A DNA stretch of 64,000 nt from Balanoglossus misakiensis. Its lineage: Eukaryota; Animalia; Hemichordata. Numbering within the stretch: the stretch's first letter is position 1; each line of letters opens with the position of its first letter. Of this stretch, positions 23,273 to 31,304 are shown one piece after another. The DNA lies in NCBI GenBank assembly GCA_040954595.2, contig CM082581.2, positions 1,604,699 to 1,668,698 of the forward strand, written 5' to 3'. A program made the position numbers and the translations under genes. The notes below the pieces were generated by a model. The model was given only the letters and a program-made list of their open reading frames with translations. It had not been told where the DNA came from and ran no database searches.

Positions 23273-26200
23273 TGTTAGCTGTTGCCATTCAAATGTGTCT
23301 ACGCAAACCCGGCTACACTGGCAGTGGGCTTTGACTCTAAGTCGCTAATGTTGTGGGAGGTTTCATTAGCATTGTAGTCACATGTAGTGGATAGTAGTTT
23401 GGGAAATTGCCTGAAATACGTCAGCAGACCAGTGATTTTCTTGCACGAAGGGAGTTTGGTACCAGCAATAATCAGAGATCAGGCTTCGTTGCCGTTCAAA
23501 AGTTCCTACTTCAGTCGTGATGTTGCAACTGGACGTTCAGTATGGGGGTCGGCCCGCAGGTGGCCGTGTGGGTTATCAGGTCACCCGTAACGGCACGCAG
23601 CTACATGCAGCTGTATGGGACCAAAATAATACACCCGATTCGGGGGTCACCTGTGACACCTGCGTAACTCAATAATTATGTGCATGCGTAATTGTGGGGG
23701 CAATGAAAGGGGTGGTAGCGTGGTATTTGTTGCACATGGATCAATATGAAGTCCGATTTTCCCGTCAAGTTGTGGGCGACCTTATGTGACCTTTCACCTA
23801 CTTTTGCTTAGTGAGCATCTACAGAAGATGCATGCAGCTTTGGCTTGGGGGGGGGGGGGCATATACGGATGGGACCATAATGATATACCAAAGGCGGGGT
23901 CACCTGTTGCACCTGCCTAAGTCATTGATTTTGTACATTTAATTGGACACTAACCAACAGGGCGATAGGTGTGGTTTTTGTTCCACAGGGACGAATGTAA
24001 GTGTCAGTTGGTTTTTGCCCAAATGTATAAGGTGATTTTGATGACCTCTGTCATACAGTGCCATATCTCATCCCGTTGTACAGGTGCAGCTTTGGTATTT
24101 GGAGGGATGAAACTATCATGAAATGCCAAATACAGGGGGATACCTTTGACACCTGCCATGATTTTTTTCAAAAATCGACGAAATTTTGAGATTTTGCAAA
24201 GTCGAAAATTTGTCATTTTTTGATGATTTTCACCCGTCTTTTTTCAAAAATCGACGAAGTTTTGAGATTTTGCAAAAGAGGAAAATTTGTCATTTTTTGA
24301 TGATTTTCAACAATTTTTTTAAAAAATCGACGAAAATTTGAGATTTTGCAGTAAAAAATTTGTAATTTTTTGATGATTTTCACCGATGATTTTTTTCAAA
24401 ATTGACGAAATTTTGAGATTTTGCAGTCGAAAATTTGTAATTTTTTGATGATTTTCCCCCATGATTTTTTTCAAAAATCGACGAAATTTTGAGATTTTGC
24501 AAAGTCGAAAATTTGTCATTTTTTGATGATTTTCACCCATGATTTTCTTCAAAAATCGACGAAATTTTGAGATTTTGCAAAGTCGAAAATTTGTCATTTT
24601 TTGATGATTTTCACCCAATGTTTTTTTTTCAAAAATGGACGAACCCATGATTTTTTTCAAAATCGACGAAATTTTGAGATTTTGCAAAGTCGAAAATTTG
24701 TCATTGTCATGATGATTTTCAACCATGATTGTTTTCAAAAATTGACGAAATTTTGAGATTTTGCAGTCAAAAATTTGTCATTTTTTGATGATTTTCACCC
24801 ATGATTTTTTTTCACAAATCGACGAAATTTTGAGATTTTGCAGTCGTAAATTTGTCATTTTTTAATGATTTTCTGGATTAACTGGATCGAACGCTAAAAA
24901 TCCAATGTTTTGTACACAGAGATTTTGTACCGTTCACGAAAATCCCTAAGGCTTTTTTCATAGGCCACGTACGCCAGTCAAATTTGACCTGCTTGTTGAG
25001 AACGCACTTCCGCACAGTGTGACGGATCGTTTTTTCGGTTTTCGTCGTGCTAAGAAGCGATACCGGTGGAAGAGTGCGTCCAAAAACACCCAAAATCGAT
25101 GACTTTTTCAGGTGTGGTACGGGTATGCTGAAATCTTAGGATACAACGATAATATTCGAAAACAAAATCCGTCACGATCTTCCCTGGTTCAAGCAACTAA
25201 TGAATACGTATCAAGTTCGTTTTTGAGGTCACGGAATAAAAAGCCTTAGGCTTTTGAAATTTGACCTAGCTAATTTTCATATCAATGGCGTCAGGGGGCG
25301 CGCGCTCACAATCGTGCAGATTTTCAACTAGTTACCAGCCCCTTGTTAGACTCTGAAAACGGCTTAGTCCAAATCGGGGTGTAATGTCCTATAAAGGCCC
25401 ATAGCAACGAGCAAAAAGATCCCAGGGACCCATCTTAAGCGTAGACTCGAAAATTCTTCTAATGTTTTACTTGATGCGATCTGTTCATCAGATAGAGCGA
25501 CTGACAGCATATTTTTCAAACATTGGCGAAAGCAATTGTATATCATGTAAGTTTTTTTTGTGTGTGTGTCTCAGTGTCAGATTATTATTATTGTTTTTTT
25601 TTCTTCTCTCTTTTGGGTATATGGACTTTTTTTAAAGTCTGAAATAAAGAATTGTTATTATTTGTTAGCTGTTGCCATTCAAATGTGTCTACGCAAACCC
25701 GGCTACACTGGCAGTGGGCTTTGACTCTAAGTCGCTAATGTTGTGGGAGGTTTCATTAGCATTGTAGTCACATGTAGTGGATAGTAGTTTGGGAAATTGC
25801 CTGAAATACGTCAGCAGACCAGTGATTTTCTTGCACGAAGGGAGTTTGGTACCAGCAATAATCAGAGATCAGGCTTCGTTGCCGTTCAAAAGTTCCTACT
25901 TCAGTCGTGATGTTGCAACTGGACGTTCAGTATGGGGGTCGGCCCGCAGGTGGCCGTGTGGGTTATCAGGTCGCCCGTAACGGCACGCAGCTACATGCAG
26001 CTGTATGGGACCAAAATAATACACCCGATTCGGGGGTCACCTGTGACACCTGCGTAACTCAATAATTATGTGCATGCGTAATTGTGGGGGCAATGAAAGG
26101 GGTGGTAGCGTGGTATTTGTTGCACATGGATCAATATGAAGTCCGATTTTCCCGTCAAGTTGTGGGCGACCTTATGTGACCTTTCACCTACTTTTGCTTA

Positions 26201-26610
26201 GTGAGCATCTACAGAAGATGCATGCAGCTTTGGCTTGGGGGGGGGCATATACGGATGGGACCATAATGATATACCAAAGGCGGGGTCACCTGTTGCACCT
26301 GCCTAAGTCATTGATTTTGTACATTTAATTGGACACTAACCAACAGGGCGATAGGTGTGGTTTTTGTTCCACAGGGACGAATGTAAGTGTCAGTTGGTTT
26401 TTGCCCAAATGTATAAGGTGATTTTGATGACCTCTGTCATACAGTGCCATATCTCATCCCGTTGTACAGGTGCAGCTTTGGTATTTGGAGGGATGAAACT
26501 ATCATGAAATGCCAAATACAGGGGGATACCTTTGACACCTGCCATGATTTTTTTCAAAAATCGACGAAATTTTGAGATTTTGCAAAGTCGAAAATTTGTC
26601 ATTTTTTGAT
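22489..26610. repeat. Tandem segmental duplication, period 2390 bp (copy 2 continues after the Ngaro insertion to ~31875)
   Basis: 22489-24224 matches 24879-26610 almost perfectly (one A/G change at 23583/25973, G-run length difference); duplicated spurious ORFs in the track are offset by 2390. Confidence 0.95.
24157..24873. repeat. 78-bp satellite, short block within duplicate copy 1
   Basis: ~9 monomers of the same family as 31305-64000. Confidence 0.95.
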
Positions 26611-26710
26611 AATTACTACTATGAATGAACAAGCGACACACACACAGGATTGGGTGAAAGTGGGGTGTGTTTTATTAATTGAATGTGGTGACACACTCCA
26701 CACCGACCAA
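26611..26710 (-). repeat. Ngaro split direct repeat B2 (3' terminus)
   Basis: Identical to 26921-27020; AATAAA on minus strand at 26671-26676. Confidence 0.95.
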
Positions 26711-26726
26711 CGGGTGGGTAGGGTTG

Positions 26727-26920
26727 GGAAAAACGACACACGCACCAACTAATATGGCCAAGCCAAAAGACTGAGTGGCTGGGCGCCAAACAGAAAACTG
26801 CTACAGTACTAAAAAACCGCCAATTGGGAAAGCACCAATCACAGGGCCGGTAGCCCCCTTTGTAAACTGAGGGGCGCCCTCACAGTCCGTAATTAAACAT
26901 TTCTTAACAAGAAATAAACA
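26727..26920 (-). repeat. Ngaro split direct repeat A2
   Basis: Matches 31111-31304. Confidence 0.95.
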
Positions 26921-27020
26921 AATTACTACTATGAATGAACAAGCGACACACACACAGGATTGGGTGAAAGTGGGGTGTGTTTTATTAATTGAATGTGGTG
27001 ACACACTCCACACCGACCAA
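26921..27020 (-). repeat. Ngaro split direct repeat B1
   Basis: Identical to 26611-26710 and directly abuts A2. Confidence 0.95.
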
Positions 27021-27063
27021 CCAAAATCACCCAAACCCCTGTGAGTGAGTAGTAAAGGTTACT

Positions 27064-28083
27064 CTAGGAAAGGTTTCCATCACGAATTGCCCTACCCATA
27101 GAAGCAGTAACTTCTAATTTGTCAACCAAAGGTACTTTAATGTACTGACGGAAAGCATCACTGGCCCAATCACCATGCATACGAAGCATTTCTGGAGGGA
27201 TGCCGCAGTGGAATGCAAACGAACAACCTCCCCTGCGGAAGCTATGACCAGAAAAATACTGAGGGGAGAAACCGGCCAAGGAAACCAGCCGGGAAAGTGC
27301 TCCGGAAAAAACCCTGGCTGAAAGTGGGACAAGGCAACCTCCAGAAGGTACGACGAATGCAGGTGCAGAGGCCGGTGCTGGGATCAAAGAACACATTGAT
27401 TTAAAAGCTTTAACTGGGCAGAGTGGGGAACCAGGAATACAACAAATAGGGAGAAAATGCAAACGCTCCCCAAATTGAATAGTCTTACTATAACTAACAG
27501 TAACGACTAAGTAATGCTCAAAAACTCTAACTTTGTCCCTAGTCAAGTGCTTAGCACTGTCAAAGCTATGTGGACCTGGGGGTACTAAATTACTCTTCCT
27601 GAAAAAAACGAAAAAGGCAAGTAAGAAACATGCCCACAAAGCGGAGTGAACTGGTTTAGAAAGGTCTAAATACTTAAGAAATTTAAGTAACATCTGAGGT
27701 GTGATTGGGTGTTTTTGACAAGGCAATGTTGAAAGTTCTCTCTTAAGCGCTCTAACTGATAATTCAACGAGGAAATCTGAGATTGGTTCCACCGAAAACC
27801 CATTGTATGAAGCAAAACGCTTAAGACTGGTCTTGTAGTTGAGGAGTGTACCAAAGGCATGGATGCCACGTGCTAGAAACTCTAAGAAATTACAAATGGT
27901 GAGTGGGTCTAAAGGCAATGGTTTAACATTAAAGTATGTACAAAACAGAAAATATGACTTAATATGACTTCTGAAGTTCTGTGCTGTGCCGCTCGCGTAA
28001 GCTGAACGGCGACGGATGACTGATTGTTGGCAAAGTGTCCTCCACTGTCTGGTGCCAATAAGGTCGAGTCCTGTAGGAACAAA
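27064..28083 (-). CDS. Tyrosine recombinase (phage-integrase family) of the Ngaro element
   Basis: Catalytic R (FFRKSNL), K (YSKT), HxxR (GHSFRRGG), GDW, Y (RQYI); frame is open 55 codons upstream of the track's TTG start, back to the RT stop, including AYASGTAQNFRSHIKSYFLFC. Confidence 0.92.
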   Translation of the reverse strand, partial: FVPTGLDLIGTRQWRTLCQQSVIRRRSAYASGTAQNFRSHIKSYFLFCTYFNVKPLPLDPLTICNFLEFLARGIHAFGTLLNYKTSLKRFASYNGFSVEPISDFLVELSVRALKRELSTLPCQKHPITPQMLLKFLKYLDLSKPVHSALWACFLLAFFVFFRKSNLVPPGPHSFDSAKHLTRDKVRVFEHYLVVTVSYSKTIQFGERLHFLPICCIPGSPLCPVKAFKSMCSLIPAPASAPAFVVPSGGCLVPLSARVFSGALSRLVSLAGFSPQYFSGHSFRRGGCSFAFHCGIPPEMLRMHGDWASDAFRQYIKVPLVDKLEVTASMGRAIRDGNLS

Positions 28084-30231
28084 TCACCAATCATGAGTGA
28101 ATTCAAACAATGTGACATCGGCAAAAAATTCATCTAACATTTTACCTTTGCACAGGCTATGGAATTGTCTGCGATACTTATCGTCCAAATGCCACCTGCT
28201 CAAGCAGTCAGCCTGAGAGTTTGCTACTCCTGGGATGTGCATAGCTTTGATTTCTAATTGGTATTTAGCGCAGTAAAACAAAAGTTCTCTTGCGCAAGCA
28301 ACCATAAAATTGTCTTTACTGCGACCTGTATTAATTACTGAAACTGTAGCTTCATTGTCACATGCTACATTTAAACCAAGACCCTGCCAGCTGTGTCCCC
28401 ACAATTTGACAGCAACCACGACGGTAAGTAGTTCCAATGCTGAGATGTGCAACTCCTGGCTGGTGATACTTTCTGGAAATATTGCGTGAAAAAATCCAGA
28501 ATTTGTGATACCCCCGCAACCAGTAAGACATGCATCAGTGTGTAGGGGGACGATTGTTTTAAGTCTGTTGATTTGCGGTATCAGTGAGATGCCATTATAA
28601 GTAGGTAGGAATGTTATCCACCACAACAAGTCTTTTTTGAAGTGGCGGGTAAGACGTGTTTTATGATGATTGCGTTTCAGTCTGCGAAGCAGTGCTAACA
28701 TTCTTGTCACAAATAATCTCCCTGGTCTCACACAAGCCGCAATGAACATGAGTTTCCCGGTGATTGACTGAAGTTCCCGTTTCGTTGCCGTGCGTTTGTC
28801 CTTCCACTGGTCCAGAATAGATATAGTGTCCTCCAATCGCTCGCTGGTCACAAACATTGTCATTGTTTCCGAGTCAAAGCCGACTCCTAAGAAAGTCATA
28901 CGAGTGGTGGGCGGTACACTTTTTGCTACGTTCTCTTGTAAACCAAGTTCTTGTAGCAAATCACCTAATTTATTAAAGGAGTCTGATGCCCGAGTGGGTG
29001 AGTCAACCCCTCCAAAGTCATCCAAGTAATTGATGCTGGTGTAGCCTCGTTTCCGATGCAGGTAAGTTACAGCATTCGTTACCCGTTGACATGCCATTGC
29101 TGCGCTGCGAATCCCGAAAGGAAACACAATGTCAAAGTATAGATTGTCCTTCCATTCATAACCCAGAAGGTGATAGTCATGCGGGTCCACGTATAACTGT
29201 TTATAGGCCCGACTTAAGTCACGTTTAAACAACAAACACCCTTTTCCATAATTGCGTATCAAGGATGCAAACGTGTCGACTGTTGGGTATTTCAGGGAAT
29301 AGTCTTCCCCTAAATATGAGTTTGCAGGAATACCATCGTTCACTGAGTTGTCCGATGGAAAGCTGAGGTCTAGAATGATGCGTCGTTCGTCAGAGTCTTT
29401 CTTGCTAACAGTAGAGATAGGTGACACCGTAAGTGGTACGTTAAACGGATTTGAGGTAAATGGTCCGGCAGTAGCTCCCAGGAGGGATTCTTTGTCAATG
29501 AATCTGTCCACATGACTGCTGTAATCTAATGCTGACTTATGATTGTGTCCATGTGTAACAGGTAAGGTGTCTTTGATATAGCCTACAGGCCACCCAAATT
29601 CTAGGAATTCACAAATGCTGCTGTCGTTGTAGCCTTGAAGACGTTGTCTCCACACATTAACATTAAGTTTTGTAGGTACTGGAAACTTGAGGCCTTCATA
29701 ATTGTAAAGCCCTGATGTGTACACCAAATCATGTAAGTTCACCAAGTATTGCAAAGTGTGATCGGGAACAGCTTGCGATTGATGACTGTGCTTGATTGAT
29801 TCAGATGGCTGGTTTGCAGTTTTGTGAGCAGTCGTTACTGAAGCATGCGAGGCGTTGTCATGGGGCTGTATACCGCAAGCATTATCACGCTGGTAACAGG
29901 CCTTGACAGGTTGCTCCTGAGAAGCGGTGAGAAAAAGGCAGTTCCCTTGCATAACTGTTGTGTTGTGGGTCTCAGGAGTAGCGGAATTACGAGTACGTTG
30001 TTGCAAAACCGTAGAATAGCTGTTTTCATAACGATTGTCAATTGAAACTGTCGAGTGCTTAGTTCCGTTGCGAACATGCGATACCTGCTGAACGACATGA
30101 TTAGGTGTAATTGTTTGTGTTCGAGTATGTTGTTTACTTCTGCAGCGCCTGGCTGCTAGCGTCCGATGGCGTAGTAGGCGTTTTTGTTTGCTGCTCGCGA
30201 AAAGGACATCTGACGATAGGGTGCGGCGCAT
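28084..30231 (-). CDS. Reverse transcriptase-RNase H (DIRS1/Ngaro type), 715 aa, intact
   Basis: RIILDLSFP, KRDLSRAYKQL, PFGIRSA, YLDDF, FLG; RNase H TDAC...ISALELL...CDN...NSQADCLSR. Confidence 0.96.
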   Translation of the reverse strand: MRRTLSSDVLFASSKQKRLLRHRTLAARRCRSKQHTRTQTITPNHVVQQVSHVRNGTKHSTVSIDNRYENSYSTVLQQRTRNSATPETHNTTVMQGNCLFLTASQEQPVKACYQRDNACGIQPHDNASHASVTTAHKTANQPSESIKHSHQSQAVPDHTLQYLVNLHDLVYTSGLYNYEGLKFPVPTKLNVNVWRQRLQGYNDSSICEFLEFGWPVGYIKDTLPVTHGHNHKSALDYSSHVDRFIDKESLLGATAGPFTSNPFNVPLTVSPISTVSKKDSDERRIILDLSFPSDNSVNDGIPANSYLGEDYSLKYPTVDTFASLIRNYGKGCLLFKRDLSRAYKQLYVDPHDYHLLGYEWKDNLYFDIVFPFGIRSAAMACQRVTNAVTYLHRKRGYTSINYLDDFGGVDSPTRASDSFNKLGDLLQELGLQENVAKSVPPTTRMTFLGVGFDSETMTMFVTSERLEDTISILDQWKDKRTATKRELQSITGKLMFIAACVRPGRLFVTRMLALLRRLKRNHHKTRLTRHFKKDLLWWITFLPTYNGISLIPQINRLKTIVPLHTDACLTGCGGITNSGFFHAIFPESITSQELHISALELLTVVVAVKLWGHSWQGLGLNVACDNEATVSVINTGRSKDNFMVACARELLFYCAKYQLEIKAMHIPGVANSQADCLSRWHLDDKYRRQFHSLCKGKMLDEFFADVTLFEFTHDW

Positions 30232-31081
30232 GTTGACCCTTTGTTATGCAATGTAGACAGGCGTGCAACTTCTTACACTGTTTACCAGCTTGGGGGTCAT
30301 CATAAGGGCAAGTGCTTTTCCAATTCCACGAAAAGCATAAAAAGTTAAATTGATTGTTATGCTTGGGTTTATCTTGTTGTTGTTGTTGTTGTACCGAAAC
30401 ATTCGTGGTGTGCATAGGTGCCGTGGCCTTAAATGCCCAGTACGCTAGGTTGTCAAAACTATCACTCCAAGTAGCGTGGCCCATTTCTATCTTATGCAAT
30501 GCCTTTGCGTGGAACTCTCTGGTTTTCTCCCATCCGTACAATATCTTGTAGTTAATTAGGTCTTTTAGATGGGCGATCCTGTATTCTTTCTCTTCTACGG
30601 AGATCAACGCTGGTGTGTGAGTGATAATGGCGAGATAACCGGCGAGGAAATTGTCAAAGGACAAATTGTTGTAGTCAGTAGCTTGCGTTGACGGCATGAC
30701 GTCCACCATAATATTATGGGGCCACAGTGTGGGTCTTACTACGCGGTCCTGGGGCTTCGTAAACATGCCTGATTTGTGCTTACCGGAAGGTGCCTGAGCC
30801 AGAAAATCGTCTTCAGCAAATGGTAACCATTGTCTCATTCTGTCCTCTGACCTCCGTACCAGATCGTTGTCTCTCCGAAATTCATTCACGTCTACATCGT
30901 GGTGCAGGAGTGATGGGGTTTCTGCCAGACGACGCTGGGTGGAATGGTTACGTTGACGACTACTGCTACGAGTATCGCTTGATTGGACACGTAGGCCTTC
31001 GATTTCACGATCGACCTCCCGGATACTAGCTTCCAACTGCTCGATTGCTTCAGCGGCATGTTTCTTATTCCTACGAGGCAT
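30134..31081 (-). CDS. Gag-like ORF1 with N-terminal coiled coil and C-terminal Cys/His zinc-finger cluster
   Basis: ATG at 31081 (MPRRNKK); heptad-like segment IEQLEASIREVDREIEGL; CFSWNWKSTC...CKKLHACLHC...HPIVRC; overlaps RT ORF by 98 bp. Confidence 0.85.
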   Translation of the reverse strand: MPRRNKKHAAEAIEQLEASIREVDREIEGLRVQSSDTRSSSRQRNHSTQRRLAETPSLLHHDVDVNEFRRDNDLVRRSEDRMRQWLPFAEDDFLAQAPSGKHKSGMFTKPQDRVVRPTLWPHNIMVDVMPSTQATDYNNLSFDNFLAGYLAIITHTPALISVEEKEYRIAHLKDLINYKILYGWEKTREFHAKALHKIEMGHATWSDSFDNLAYWAFKATAPMHTTNVSVQQQQQQDKPKHNNQFNFLCFSWNWKSTCPYDDPQAGKQCKKLHACLHCITKGQHAPHPIVRCPFREQQTKTPTTPSDASSQALQK

Positions 31082-31110
31082 GTTTGGATATGATTTCACA
31101 GAAGACGGCA

Positions 31111-31304
31111 GGAAAAACGACACACGCACAAACTAATATGGCCAAGCCAAAAGACTGAGTGGCTGGGCGCCAAACAGAAAACTGCTACAGTACTAAAAAA
31201 CCGCCAATTGGGAAAGCACCAATCACAGGGCCGGTAGCCCCCTTTGTAAACTGAGGGGCGCCCTCACAGTCCGTAATTAAACATTTCTTAACAAGAAATA
31301 AACA
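31111..31304 (-). repeat. Ngaro split direct repeat A1 (5' terminus, probable promoter)
   Basis: Matches A2; contains CCAAT/ATTGG motifs and hairpin tgaggg-gcg-ccctca; lies 30 bp upstream of the gag ATG. Confidence 0.9.

Larger units (their letters stand above)
19536..24157 (+). mobile_element. HINE-like element (5' part), interrupted by a LINE, running into the 78-bp satellite
   Basis: TTT then hairpin aggggaccaag...cttggtcccct (19536-19569), TTC-rich tract; homologous units either side of the LINE (19920-20110 vs 23310-23500); ~240-250-bp units (23642, 23896, 24135) homologous to the 239-bp core at 61000-61915. Confidence 0.6.
26611..31304 (-). mobile_element. Complete Ngaro-type (DIRS order) tyrosine-recombinase retrotransposon, 4694 bp, split direct repeats A1-ORFs-B1-A2-B2
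   Basis: A1 31111-31304 = A2 26727-26920 (194 bp, 1 mismatch); B1 26921-27020 = B2 26611-26710 (identical); gag, RT-RNaseH, YR order; no TSD; no methyltransferase domain seen. Confidence 0.95.

Noticed and set aside
31082-31129. Track start of gag at 31129 and of YR at 27918
   Set aside because: These are GTG/TTG starts from a prokaryotic-style caller; first ATG of gag is 31081 and the YR frame extends to 28083.
26611-31304. LTR retrotransposon, DIRS1-type element or prophage integrase
   Set aside because: Repeats are split direct (A-B-A-B), not LTRs or inverted termini with ICR; no DDE integrase, protease or TSD; YR is linked to a DIRS-type RT/RNase H.
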